Of a DNA stretch of 64,000 nt, positions 11,401-25,482 are shown in pieces. Positions within the stretch are counted from its first letter, which is position 1. Each line of letters starts with the position of its first letter. Below the pieces are notes generated by a model that made no database searches, had not been told where the DNA came from, and saw nothing but the letters and a program-made list of their open reading frames with translations. The DNA is from Folioceros fuciformis (Eukaryota). Where the stretch lies: NCBI GenBank assembly GCA_049999805.1, contig JBNGIO010005951.1, positions 132,700-196,699 of the forward strand, read 5' to 3'. A program made the position numbers and the translations under genes.

Positions 11401-14400
11401 AGGGGGATACACAGGTGCTGGGGCAACTGTAAGATTTGGAAAGGATTTATACTCTGTTGAGTTAAACGCCACTTTAAGAGAATAAATGCCACTTTCTGCC
11501 ACGGTATAATTACAAGTCAAACCAGACGGTGAATACAGATAGCTGCATTTAACCTGGATGGGAACATTGCTTCTGCTCAAGACGGCTGTCACATTTGAAT
11601 TCAAAACATCCGTCTCTGAACGAATGAGATTTTGATACTCATCATAAAGCTGGACAATAAATGTAGCCTGCAATCCAGCAACTGCAGTTATTGCACCCTG
11701 ACCAATTACTTGTGTGTGATCTAAGAACGGCTCACCAGGGGATGTGGGCAGGGAAATCCTCGTGTTGATGGTCTCCAGCAGATACCCATCACTCCAGAAA
11801 AACTCAAAACTGTAGACACTACCTCCAAACGGTGATTGCAACGGGAAGTAGCTGAGCACCCACTTCTGATAAGGAACTTCCTTGTCAGTGACAGCGGAAA
11901 CCAGTGTTAGAGGAGTGAAGGTGGACATGCCATCTGGTAGAATAATTTGAGCCACGAAGAAGTCAGAAAGCTTGACTACATTATCTTGAAAATTGTCGTA
12001 TCCATCCAGTGGCTGCACTTCAATCACAACAGCATCTTTGCCCGTCCTGTATAAAGGATAGCTGCTAACCAAAGCTGCAGTTGTTTTGGCAATAATTGTT
12101 GGGCCTGACACAACCCTCAGTACATAGCCACCACCATTTCCTCCTAAGGGCATCTTCATTGGCCCCACGAGAATATTGAAGGAATACAACCCAGAACTGA
12201 AAGCTACCAGCTTGAGAGTGTATGTTCCATCGTTGTTGTCCCTCGAGATCAACTCAGCTGCAGTAACTCCGATGGTGCTGTTAACGATTACTAGGTTCAC
12301 ATAATTCGAAGTCCCAGAAGGGCTTTCAAAAATCTCCACCCCATTTGTATCAACAAGCCTAACTGTGATAGTAGCTGCAGCACCTGCAGCTATGATTCCT
12401 CCAAGATCTCCTGAAGCCAGACAATTACGGGGACTTGGATCGCCAACAGTAGGACGTACAGCCACCTGAAATGGACTGGACTGGATGGGGCTCCACATGT
12501 ATTGAATTGCAATAATCTGAGTCGAGACTTTTGAAGCTGTGTACATCAGCAGGCATCGCCCATTATAAGGAACTGCATTACGAAATGACATGCTGGGGCC
12601 CGCGATTACAGTGAAGCTTTCACATATACTCGGTGATAGTTCAGAGCTCACAAAGTTGTTGTAGCTGTCACGAGCTTCAAGAAAAATGGAGCTATTAGGA
12701 CACAAATAGTTGTTGCAAGCCAATGCAGAACGCATGCCTGGTCCGAAAGCTACACAATTGCTGGAAAGAATGGTCCCAGGTTCCACGGTCCCATAGAATG
12801 GACTACCAGACACTTTCTCCACAAGTGACGTGGTGGAATCTCTGTAACCAAGATCTAATATCAGCTGCCCACTTCTCAGAGGTTGGTAGAACAACCATAC
12901 ACGACCTTCTCCATCAACCGAGAAATTTTTACCAGTGACCACCTCCTCATCTGGAAGCTCCAAGAAGCTCGCCCCAGTCCACACATGGACATGAAAGTCC
13001 GCTGTGAGGTTGACCAGTAGATCAGCCGCATCATCCTGCCCCAAGTCTACAGGGTTGCCAAATTTGTCAGCGAATTGTACCAAAATAGAACTCAGCTGAC
13101 CAGCTACTGTTGCATTATACCCAAGTCCCAAACCTGTTGGGTTTAACCGCCGCAAGTCCGCAGGTCCCGGCATCACCTGATAGTTTGTAATAGTGACCCA
13201 TGGACCCCCCACGAGTGCACTGTTTATGAAAATTGACACATTGTAAAAGCCGCTTTTTAGCACACTGAAGTAGATGAAAAAAGTACCGTTGTAATTGTCA
13301 ACTATTAAAGGGGGAGAGGAGTAGTTCACAAATAGACCAGCGTCCTGGAAGAATTGCTCCATCTGAAGGAAATAGTCACAACTAGGAGAATCAAGCCAAC
13401 CTGCCGCGGATCCATTGGACAGAAAATAATCACTGCCCTGAAGATGCGCAGTGACGCTCAAGGTTGGCTCGAACGGGCCAGCATTGCCAAATATGTCCTT
13501 TGGAATCAATGTAATCATCCACATCAAGCTGTGGACATCAGACCAGCTCTCCGTTTGTTTAAGAACAGATTTTGCGACATTCACTGGACCTGGCGAGATC
13601 AGGAATCTGAAAGGGCTCCCAGATATTTCATGTAACAGTCCGTCTTCTCCCAACAGTCTCACTGACAAAAGATACCTTACTGGCCAGAAGGAGTCACTTC
13701 GGAGAAAGTTCGCAATGTTTGCTGAAAATGTTACATTGCATGTTCCATCTGAATTACAATCAGTCTTCATATCCACCGGCTTTACATAAGCACCTGTATT
13801 GATGTAAGGAGGAACTCCAGGAATAGGCGCAAATGAGGCATTGATGGTATCTACAACGGCATTGTCCTGTCTGTTCCCATACATATCCACAATGACAACC
13901 TTGAGAAGTCCCATGGTTCCTGCGGATACCCTAGCTTCTTCCAAACTCGTGTTGAGCTTACCAGTGGTGTTCGGGCCATAAAGAGCAAATGAAAGTGTGC
14001 TTGAAGAAGGAGCTGGAGATGCAGAGACAATGCAGGAGCTCTCAGGTATGTTCAAACCTTGAAACCCGATCTCACTAGTATAATTGCCATACTTGTAGAG
14101 AACATATGTTGCAACAATATGGCTACCGTCAAATGAAACATTTGCATAGACAGGGGGCAAGTCATTCATCCACAAAGAGACCATGAAGAGCCCTGAAAAG
14201 TCGTCAGTGCAGGTATTTCCCCACGAATCTTGGCAATCAATGAGCATGTTGCTTGTTGCCCCTGTTTTCGTTGTGAAGACAGTAGCAACCGGCCTGCAGT
14301 TCAGTCCTGCTGGCCGTCCAGATTTGACTGTAATATTTGCTGTAGAACGAAATCCAGCGCCAGTTGAGTCATACAAGTTAAAACTGATATAATAGATCCC

Positions 14401-17400
14401 TGTCTTGGTCAAGTTGTAACTCACTTCCACAGGGTGAGAAGACGAGTTGCAGTATGGTGGAGGAAATGAGCCACCACCACTACTTGCAACACTTGCAGAG
14501 CAATTAAGACCACTAGTTAATTCATTCCCAAACGCATCAACCGGGAATATGCGTATAATGCCCAAGTCCCCTGCTACCGTCCAATTATTGAAAGAAATGC
14601 GGCTGTTGCTCGTGATAGGAGCACCTGGGTGGAAGAGAACAATTTGATTTGCCCCAGAGATGAGTTCACCATTCAACAGCGCAGAAACATTGTACGTCCC
14701 AGCAAAATAGGAAATTATAGAGACCACAACTGAACCGTTTCCAGCAACAGATACATTGCCACGTATTTGCTCTCCAGTGCTCTTGTTGGCTACAATTTCA
14801 AACTGGTCAAGAGAGTAGGCATATTGTGGTCCATACACCTGCTGATTTGCATATATGTCCAGGGAGATGATAGCACTAGAATAGAGCAGTCCTACTGGAT
14901 ATGACGATGGAAAGGGAACCACCAGAGCACACATAGGAGCATATGTAACACCTGGTGCAATTTGAATCTGCCTGTCAACAACAGTCAATCCGTTACAGGT
15001 GACCGTCAGATTGTAGCTTCCAGCTTTGAAAATGCAATAGCGAACCACATAGTCTCCAGTTCCTGCATCCTCAATTGTGTTATTTGAAGTAGCGACAGGT
15101 GACATGCTAAGCACAAGATGCTCTCCGCCAGAGAACAGAGGAATGCCTTGGTTGTCTGCTGCAATAAGCGTAAAACTCTGTTCTTGGCCAGCATACGCAC
15201 CAAATAGACCAGGGCAGAAATAGGGTGTTGAGAGATCAGAACAAAGAACAAACTCCAAGGGGTCAAGTATCCGGCTAACAGATGCATCCACAACTGGCAC
15301 CACCAAGGGACTTCCATTTATGTCTGCGCCAAGCCAGGAGATATAGATCGTGTAGTTACCACTCACAGGTGCCTGATAGCTTATGACGTATTGTCCCATC
15401 ATGTAGTGTCTATCAGTAATAGAAATATTGCTGGTGCTGCACGCACCATTTTCACTACATATTGCTGCCCGAAAAGGCTCTCCAATGCTTCTCGGATCAC
15501 TCTTCGGATTTCCAAATTCATCACATGCATGTAAGTAGAACATGGCCCATTTATTGGTTGCGGTGCCGTTGAGACCCATACCTGACAAGTATGTGTTATG
15601 AACACTTAGACGCCCAGAACTTTGACTACTTCTAATGATATACACATGGTTCTGGGCGGTTACTGTGAGAATGACATTTCCAGAAACCTCGCTCCTGTAG
15701 CCAAACACGTATGCATCACCAATTAGATCAAGAAACACAGGAGATACCCAAAGGCTCCCTTCAGGCATTCCCGCATCAAAAGGTCTAACTATTCCTGAAA
15801 CTTGGAAAACCGACTTGTCGACATCATTCACATGCAGTCTGTTCCCATACGAATCCCTGGGAGTAATGGTAACGTTCACAGTTCTGTCAACCACACCTCC
15901 GATTGTTCCAGGACCTGAAAAGGAGCATTGCTTCACATCCAAAGGGCCTGGAGAAATCAGTATCTCTTTGCTTAGTTGCTGATGCCCTACAAAGAAGCTT
16001 ACCACATACATCAACGCTTTTGTGGCCCTATAGGTTATGTTGTAAAGTCCCGCTGAAAATTGGGCCACTTGGACATGTGCATGGTCATCACCCCGGGGTG
16101 AAAAGATCCTGAGGTAGTTCTCTACCTGAATGTCTGCATCTATTGTCGGGGCATTGCCATATTCATCTGACAGTTGCAACACAAACGAACTACTAACTCC
16201 CGCTTCAGTGTTTTGCAGACCTACAAATGAACAGTTGTTTGGCGCTGCTTGACCTCCAAACACATGCAGGTGATAGCCACCAAGGAGTAAGGATCCATTG
16301 ACAGAGACATTCACCTGCAAAATTCAAAACTGTTGACAGCATATTTTGCAAACAAACTTTGCAATCACATTCTCAGCCATATCTACCAGGGACTAGCACA
16401 TGCGTTCAACACCTACAATCAGGTGCAAGGCCTAATTGGAGCTGAACAACGTAAAAGTTTTTCACCACATCATACTTGGGAAACGTCTAGATGCATTATG
16501 GGCCACATTACGTTATGGGAGAGAAGGCCTTACTACCTGGTAGTTGTCAGCTTTAAAAATTCCAGTAATGACAGCTTCAAAATGTTCACCACTTGTAGAC
16601 ACAGCAGGATAGGTGAAACTGGACGAATCCTTAGAAACAATGACTTCCACCTGCAGGTTCCTAGATACAGCATTATTGTATGCATCTTTGAGGTAGACCT
16701 TCATCAGTGTGGAGCTACCCACTGTGAAGTTGCTGAAATGGTCCAAAAAAGAAGTATATGCAGAGGGCTCACTGGGGTTCACAACCAACGTGAACCCTGA
16801 ACCCCGAAGAGAGTTAAGAACAGAGGAACCGAAGTAGGCAAAAACTGTAAAGTTACCCGCCAAAGTTGCATTGAACGTGGCTAAGTACTTTCCAGGTACA
16901 GGATAGCCTAAGTTGTCAAGAAAGGCTGAAATATTTCCGAATATGGGTGGCGATAGGCTGTAGACACCCACAACCAGATTAATTGAGTCAGAGCCATCCT
17001 TAAAGGTGCTCGAAGCGGGATTTCCATACTCATCTACAAGGAATGCTTGATATGATATCGATTGCCCGGCAGTAATTCCGGCATACTTCACAGAAAGTGT
17101 TGATTTCAGGCCCACTGCCATCCCAGGAAGAACTTCAACTGCAAAAGGTGAATTTGGCAAAGGCTCGTCCAAAACAGTGACATAAACAGAGTAATTTCCG
17201 GGGACTGTGATGTTCATACTGAAGCTACAACCCACAGTGACTCGAAAATCTGTGCAGGTGAAGACAGATGCATTCACGAGTAAATCCCCCAAAGGGGCAA
17301 CTTGGATTGTAAGATTGTTAATGACTTGATAAATAGGATCTATGCTGACCAGGGAATAGAGATGCTCCCCCACAATCACTTTGCTAGAATTGTCCCAGGC

Positions 17401-18116
17401 ATCAGTTTCAAAAGCAAATTTCTTCACAGCAGTGGCAGCATCAACAGTAGTATTGAACCAGAACTCCCCTGCGTATATTGCTGTCCCAGAGATGGTCACG
17501 GACACGTAGTACAATCGCACTCTGATAGGCACAAACTGCACAGTATATATTCCTTGCCCTTGTGGAATTATTTTATAGGTGAGGGGATCCTCCCCATCCG
17601 TATACGAAGAGATATTGACCTGAAATGGACATGGATCATAGATTACAGTATCCACAATCCCATGTGAATCTTCAGCTGTTATGTTGAAGCTTGCTATCTC
17701 ACCCACGGTGTACGTATCAGAATAACCACTTGCAAAGCTATGGGAAGCAGAAAGAGCTCCTCCAACATTGAACATATACACATCACGACTGATAGGACTG
17801 CAAGTATCATCGGAGACACAGCTCAGTATATTGAATGAGTAAGCTCCAAACAGGCTCACATCCACCGATATAACATAAACCCCGGGCGTGTAGCCACTAG
17901 GCTGTGCCGGAAACGTAACATTCGTCGGGCTCACTCTAGCCACCAACTTCGCTCCAGACAATGGCATGCCATCCGTCAGGTTTACAGCAAAAATCGTCAC
18001 ACTAGCTCCGGATCCTGTGTCCCGTACGTAGACAGCGTACGACGCCCAGGGATCGGCAAATTGAAGCGAGTGCTCCAAGCGGTCTTGTCCTCGTAGATCC
18101 ACGTCGGCAGGAGAGC
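5401..18116 (-). CDS. Giant filamin/Ig-like-repeat + PKD/REJ-like surface protein (at least ~4,160 aa; 5' end unresolved, probably 18.2-18.9 kb)
   Basis: The 598-aa and 3639-aa ORFs are joined by a phase-0 GT-AG intron at 16536-16315 (ADNYQ|VNVSVNG). Repeated filamin motifs (F.I...D.YGN; G.Y.V.Y....G.Y...V; I.GSPF.V.V.PG). REJ-like region (LVLDASDSSGSGGRPL, LLYEWSQ, LEAGYVYNFTV, DAYDPD..FRYAWSC, PTGGSV, YEFRY). Many N-x-S/T sequons. Hydrophobic C-terminus. Confidence 0.9.
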
Positions 18117-19264
18117 CTGTAAAATGCATCGCACTACATCTCAGCTCAAAGCTCTCTCTCTGCATGAAAACAAAATCCGCCACAGCAAGCCATGACAACG
18201 GTGCTACTAACCATTGCTCACTGAAAAGAAGACCATCGCTAGCAACATCGCATAGCTCAGACTCGTGCTGCAAGCTCGCGTCCTTCTCCGGAGCTCCTGC
18301 GCAGTACACAACAGTCCACCAAACTCAATCTGGAGTCCCTCCAAGGGACAAGACCACCACACGGTCAACAGCGGAAGAGGAAAAATCAGGGACGGAAGGC
18401 ACCATTGCAAAAGAAAAGAATCGAAGCTCCTGCGACGAAAATACTTGCTCCCAGCAGTGCGCCCGGGAATCTAGCCCCCCGTATCCACCACAGTGTAGGT
18501 CATCATCCCTGCTGCTTCCGACTGTGTCCAAGAAATTACGAGGCAGTCATAGCCATAATGCGGTAGCAGGCCTATCTCTGGAAGAGGTTCCATGCATGGT
18601 AGCGCCAGCACAGGGCCAAGATCGCGCCTGTGGCTGCGCGCTGGCACCGGAACTGTTCTTGCGCGCTTCCAATGCTGCAACTTGCGAACAAAATTGTACT
18701 TGCAAAACCCGCATTTCTTGCACACCTTCAATGCTGCAACGAGCACAAGTGGAGCACGGAATACACGCTACTGATCCAAAATTTTGCGCTATCTGCAAGC
18801 CTGCTGAGCACAAGTCCGGGCTCATCCTGGCGCCGCGAAGAGGCGCGCCATCCACCGCCCCCCGCATGACGAGCAGATTTCGTATCTCAGTGCGCGGGAC
18901 AAATTTGCCGCGTCTGCTGGTGGCCGCAGCTGCAGAGCTCACGTCCCAAGGATCTCGAGAAGTGCGTCAGGAAGCGCTAGGCCGGCTGCTTGACGGGGCT
19001 TTATGAGCGATTCAGGGTTAAACTCCGCTCACAGGGAAAGAAAACACCTGTTACATGCACCGACGCTGTTGTATGTGAAGGTCTTTATAGGAAGGTCCGT
19101 ATTTGTGAACTCTCAGGACAGTACCTATCTACTGTTGTTACGTGAACACCCGACATCTGTGTACATACATATGTAACCCCAGACAGAGAGGAGTCACGGG
19201 CAAGGACCACAGCAACAACTGCTTCGATGTTGATCTGATCTGACGAGACCAGCACAGCGCGCAA

Positions 19265-20943
19265 ATGTCGGCATCTCCAGCCAAGCCAGAGCCAGCAAAG
19301 CAGCTGCTTCCTTTCCTTCAGCGGGCAGATGAGCTTCACAAGCATGATCTCCTGGTGGCCTACTTCTGTGAGTTGAATCCAGTCTCTGCGGCCCGAGATT
19401 TGTGTCCGTTGGGATCGACTCATCTTTCCCTGCGCTTTGCGTGCGTGTGACATGGTGTTGGGCAGGTCGGCTGTATGCTATGGAGCTCGGGCTGAAGATT
19501 CCGGTGAAAGAACGAACCAAGGCAACTAATAAGTTGCTGGAGTCTTTGATGAACCAGCTGGAGAAGGTGGGAGACATCGGTTGGGAGAGTTGTTGGTGTT
19601 TTTAATGGTGCAAAATGGGAATTGGATATGAGTGTAATTTGAGCGGTTGTGCAGGACAAGAAGGTGGTGAAAGTGAGCCCCGAGGACAACCTGTACATGG
19701 AAGGATTTGCCCTCAGCGTTTTCTCCAAGGCGGACAAGCAAGACAGAGCTGGTCGGGCTGACCTGTAGGTACCGCCGTTTAGAGTGGATTTTTTGGTAAA
19801 GCTGTGAAGCTTGACAAGAGCTTGGGCTTGCTGGGTATGAGGTGTTTGTGGCAGACTGTTACATGGTTGGAGTTGTGTTCAGGAATACAGCGAAGACGTT
19901 CTATGCAGCCAGTATCTTCTTTGACGTCCTGCATCAGTTTGGTGACCTCCAGCCTGATGTAAGTTCTTGGCGGGGCTCTGGCTAGTTTGTGTAGGGCAGT
20001 CTGGCTGTGGCCATTGGGTGTGTGCTTTCGTGACTGGTTTGTTGGAGCCGAGCTGGAATGATTTTTCGCCTGATTGCTCCAGATTGAGCAGAAGGCCAAG
20101 TACTCGGTTTGGAAGGCTGCCGATATCAGAAAGGCAGTGAGTGAGGGGCGGAAACCGACACCAGGTCCTCCAGGGGGAGACTTGGATCAATCCCAGAGTC
20201 CTCAACAAGTGAGTCCTCAACAAGGGCTTTCCTCTGATGACCAATATTCACGGCCTCAAGCCTCCCACGATTTCCAGCAGCACCGGCACCAAGAGAGCCC
20301 AGATTCAGGTTATCCTGCTCCTGGTCAAGGTTATGCATCGTCTCCTACAGCAAGTCCAGCCACTGGGTACGCCCCAGCTGCAGCACCAGCTTATGATGCA
20401 GGAGCAGCAGGGAGTGAATCACTACCGTATCCAAGTCATCATCCATCAGATGGTGCGGGAGGCCAAGGTCACAATCCTAGCCATCTCCATGCGCCTTATG
20501 CTCCATTCGATCAACCTCAAGCTCCTCCGGCACACATGCCCTTCTCTGGTTCAGCACCCCTGGATCCTCCCTACCATCCTAGCCCGGATCCACTACCCAC
20601 CCCCTACTCTCCTAGACCTGATCTTTACCCCAGAAATGATATCCACTCACCCAATGCTCCCATCTTCGGATCTGCTCCCTCGCAGCCTTACAGTGGTGGA
20701 TACCACGAACGTCCTCACCATGAGCGGGCTGCATCTGTACGTTCCTCTGATGAAGTAGCCCCCTACACTGCAGTGCTAGGAACTTCTGATGGCACCTATC
20801 AACCACCACCAGAAAAGGTTGCAGAGGCACACAAGGCCTCAAGGTACGCTGTGAGTGCCCTGGCATTTGATGATGTTCCCACAGCTCTATCTTACCTGAG
20901 GAGATCCCTTGAGTTGCTGACATCTCCATCTGGCACCATTTAG
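19265..20943 (+). CDS. LIP5: LIP5/VTA1, ESCRT regulator of Vps4/SKD1
   Basis: Exons 19265-19367, 19466-19566, 19655-19764, 19883-19958, 20083-20943. MIT-region sequence (LLPFLQRADEL..LVAYFCRLYAMELGL; KYSVWKAADIRKA), Pro-rich linker, VSL motif AHKASRYAVSALAFDDVPTAL. Confidence 0.95.
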
Positions 20944-23900
20944 TAGGTGTAGGAACCATCCTGGCTGTCCTCCTGAGTTTGGATACCGTGCATAGGCGAA
21001 ATCTTGTAGCAAACAGAGGAATGGTGGATGGCAACAGCAGATAGCTTTCAATGGCGTGTTGTTAAGGGAAATCTGCATTGGTGTAATTGTAGCGTCGGCC
21101 AACACCAGACTTGCCAGGTCATTCTGTACAAAGGTGGTGAATGCACCTCAGCAATCAACCTGTTAGTTGATTATCTCGGTCTTTTCATCAGTATGATGAT
21201 GGGAAGAAGTACTGAAGCAGAAAGCAAGCTGGGGACGGGCAAGTCACATTCTACAGACGACGTCTGGTGTGGCCTGAATTCATTGCCCTTCACAGGGATG
21301 AGTGACTTGGTGTAATTGTAGTGGTGGGCCCGTGGTCATGGAGGCTAGCAGGACGGTGTAGGCTTTAGAAGAGGACACTGGTCAATTCATTGCGTCACAG
21401 GCTTTGTGTGCCTACAGGCTACAGGGTCCATTTAAGTTACTAGGTTGTTTGGTTAGGAGAGAAACGATTGTGAATCATGCTTGCTTCTTCCAGTCTAGTG
21501 TCAAGTTTTACTGAATTTCGAGTTTTTATACTTGTAAACGTGGGGATTCCATGAGAAACATCAGCCAGAAACTCTCCCCATTCCGACGGCAGTGAAGGCA
21601 TCGCGGATCGACCGTGGCTGATGGGGTTTTTGCTTCTTACCCTTCCTCCTCTTCCTACGGCGTCGGCGGTAGCCGCCCGTGCCTAAAGAATCAGCTTACA
21701 TCCCGCATTAGATCCCGCAACACCAGTTATAGGCGCGAGTGAGTGCACTACGGAGTGGTCCATACGTGCAAGGAAGGATTTCAAGCTATGGTAAGGAAGG
21801 CGATGATTTCAAACTCCACGCTCAATCGGATGAAAGACGAGGCTGTTGCGCGCTGGAAAAGGGGAAGGTGCGCACCAAGCAGCAAACAGGGAAGATCGGG
21901 TGAACTTCTTGGTGATGAACACATGCTAGGGTTTCAAACAAAGTTCGAGGCAACCAAAAAGTGAAGATGTGGTGAATTCCGAGGTGCTGAGGAGAGGGCA
22001 ACAGATACTGCGGGCTCTGCATGCAGAGCGTGTCCAAGCAACAAGCAGGCAAGATCGGGTTCACATGTAGGTGATGCAGAGACAGAAACAGAGACGTTGG
22101 CACCCCTGACTTGAGACAAAGCCGCATGCATGCACACCGCAGCGGAGGCAGGTAAGATGCACATACGGCGTTTTTTAACTCTTGATCGCATCTTCAGTCC
22201 GTGGCGGTGGTGCAGGCGACCACGCTTCGGTCTGTGCTTGAGTGCTTCACTGACGCTGGCATTGTGGCTGGCAGGCCAGGGAAGGTTCAGGCTACAGAAC
22301 TTGGATGACTTGCGAGGTTGCAAAACTCGGCGGCGGCGGCGGCGCCGACGCTTGTGCTTGTGCTTAACCATGAAGCACTGCCGGAGAGGAGAATTCAGGG
22401 TTGCGAATCTGGTGTCGCTTGTCTTGTACATCGCGCATCATGCTGCACTGGCGGAGCAGAAGGTGCCGCTTCGTGGAAAGCTTTTTGAACGCCATTCAGG
22501 TTCGCGCCGTGTGAAAGAGGGTTTCGTTTTTTCGTCATTTTTCGTTAGCGCATGGAGACACCCCTTTCGCGCAGCCGTTATAAGTAACCGTCTTGTCCCC
22601 TTGGCCTCGACTCGGCTTTCAGGTGCTTTCCAGGGACCCTTTCAGGCGTACTTCTGGACGAATCCTCATACATATATATATGCATATGGCGTGATCGGAT
22701 CTGCAGATCCTCGGAAGGGAGGGAGACAGGCCCCTGGGAGTCTACTAATATCACGCGCGATCTCATATCGTCTACAACACATCGCACCATTTGGCGGAAG
22801 GCCTCACTTTCCTTCAATCATCACAAAGGTGAGTGTATGAGCTTTTATTTCTTCAAGGTTTCAGATCTTCATTCTTATCATGTATTTGAACTGCATGTTT
22901 GCACTAATGTGATGGTTGTCTCAAATATGTACACGTATTTGAAATATTATGATATAATTTTATTTCTATTTTTTTTATGACGAAGAGTTATCTAAACTCA
23001 CCAATTACAGGAACAGTTTAGGCGCTTGATGTATGAAGGTGATTCTCTTTCAACTTTGAAGAGATGCTTCTATCCATTTGGAATTAATGACAAGTGATGT
23101 TTGTGATGTTAACCTTTTACAACAGTAATCTCAATTGAGTATGACAGAGCTTTTAATTCAAAGAATAGCAAGAGTGAATTGTATTGAAGATCTTTGTGTA
23201 TGTGATTATTGATTGCACAATTTGGACCATGGTAGCAACCGGTCCTGGCTATCTGATGTAAGGATCTTGCCCTTATGGGTGCGCTTACGGGGTGGATCCT
23301 ATCATCAATAAAGATGCCTAATTTTTTTGCGGGAGGGAAATTTCCCTCCCTGGTGTGGTGTGGTATGGAATGTTGTCTTGCAAATAGTCCTGCAAATATT
23401 TGCATTTATTAGCTATATCATCCTCACTTACCACATATGTTCTGACTTTTACCATATTTGTTACATGATTCCAAGTAGATATGTTATTTGAATAGAATTT
23501 TTTTTGTTATTTTTTTATAATTTTTGCTTACTAGATGTGATCTGTTTTTTTGTGTTCTTTTTTGCCACAAAGTAGTCATCATATTGTCTTGTGTGTGAGT
23601 CTATCAATTTCTCTTTGTAATTTCAGAAACATCATGTTCTACCCAAGCAATCCTCTAGTAGTTAGATTGCATGTGTAGTGTCTTTTAGATCCAAATCCTT
23701 TGATCCAGGTTGTAATTGTTGGATTGTGTGCTTTTTACAAAAATTCTCTCAAACTCTAGACTAAAGATATGAGGATCAACAAAAGGACAATAGGATGCAA
23801 GATGTTCCAATCTAATTGAAGAGAGGAGGTATAAACAATAGGATAACCAAGGTTTCGCACATCTCTACATAAATATGTTTGCACATCTCTACATAAATAT

Positions 23901-25482
23901 GTCTAATATTTTTAAAAATAATACAAATCTGACACTTTCCCACTCTTTAACCGTAGTAGCCAAAACAAATTAAAGAAAAATACGGACAGAAATTAAGTCT
24001 GAAGTTTCAAAACTCACTCAATTATTTTTAAGATTTTAAAATAAAAGACCTTAAACAAAAAGTTAAATTGAACAAATTTTGCATATTGCATACTATGGAG
24101 TACATTTTCGCAGTTTTATAGGCTTAAAAAGATAAATATCTTTTGTTGTGAAGCTTAATACTGAATGTGTAACCTTATTGTTATTGTATCAATAATAATG
24201 TTGATTAGCTCCTATTTCTCTATTATTGAATATTTTTGCAGCAACATTTGTTAGTAGTGATTTATGATATTTTACTAAACTTCAATAGTAGATGCCTTTT
24301 GTCTTATTCAGAATTAAGAAGATATCAGCATCTATTATGTGAGGTAGAGGAAGAATATTACACCGGACTATTCTTTCACATCGAACTCTTCGTTTGTAAA
24401 TTATTTGAAGTTTATTCAAATGATTTTACTACTGCTAGAGTATATACGATTTCCCTTGTCTTTTTTTTTAATATATTTTTTATGTTACATTTTCAATTAT
24501 CTTTTTAAAGAAATATTAGTTTATAAGAATTAAATATATATATAATTGGCTTTCAATCATATGTGTATTGTAGGTTATTAAGATATAGTCTCAAATATTG
24601 CTTTAGGATTTACTTTTTACTAACCTCCGATTCCCAATTTTTTTAACACATGCTGGGATTCAGACCAAGCTTAAGATGTGGTCAAAATGATACCCTGCTC
24701 CCAAGTATGGAGGAGAAATTTTTCCCAATCAAAATCTAGGCCTTTCTTCTAGAAAAACAAGATATGCAAGTGCAGAGGACTTTTCTTTTAGACTTATTCA
24801 TTCCTAGGTCTTCTTGAAGACATATTCACTATTGTTCAGGAAAGGAACTGGCTCTTAACTTTTAGGCATAGTATCCAACTGCACTAGCAGCTTTTTAACT
24901 GCAATTAATTAAACTTCATTCAATTATTGAGCACGGGTGAACAAAGTCTAAACACCAGCAATTCATCCCCGCTGAAGACGAAAGCAACTCGCTTATGAGA
25001 GAGGGAACGTTAACCTCTCCGGTAATGAATTACAATCCATGTACTCTCAAACTATGAGTGGCCATACCATCGTGCATAAAAGTCTGCAGAAAAGAAAGGG
25101 AACTTCACAAACGAAAGATGCTTTTGGGTGTATTCGATTTCATGCGTGGGTGAATAACAGTCTGTAGTCGGGCGTGTCGTCGTCATCGACTCGTAGTCCT
25201 TTGCGTCTGTCCCAAAAGTGGAAGTGCAGTAGCCTTTGAGTTGTGTGTGCTCAGGGTCGCCGTTTGCGTTAGTCGGCCTCCACCCGAGGCCTTCTGTTCG
25301 CCTCGAGCCTCTCATTCCAGCGGGTTGAAGTTGTGTGATTCGCTGCCCTCGGTTGGAGTGTGTTGGTGGCTATCTTCTGGTTGTGCTAGGCCCTTCCACC
25401 CCTCTTTCTCTTCTTGGTGCCGCTTGTACGTTAGTCTCCCTGCCCATTCTTCTGTAATGAGTGTCTGGTAGGAGCGGCAGGC

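Noticed and set aside
5524-17667. Many plus-strand and alternate-frame ORFs (for example 5524-6120, 11014-11460)
   Set aside because: Shadow ORFs of the giant gene with no recognisable motifs.
18164-19006. 280-aa plus-strand ORF
   Set aside because: Ser/Cys/Arg-rich with no domain, and antisense to the giant gene's 5' region; not supportable as a gene.
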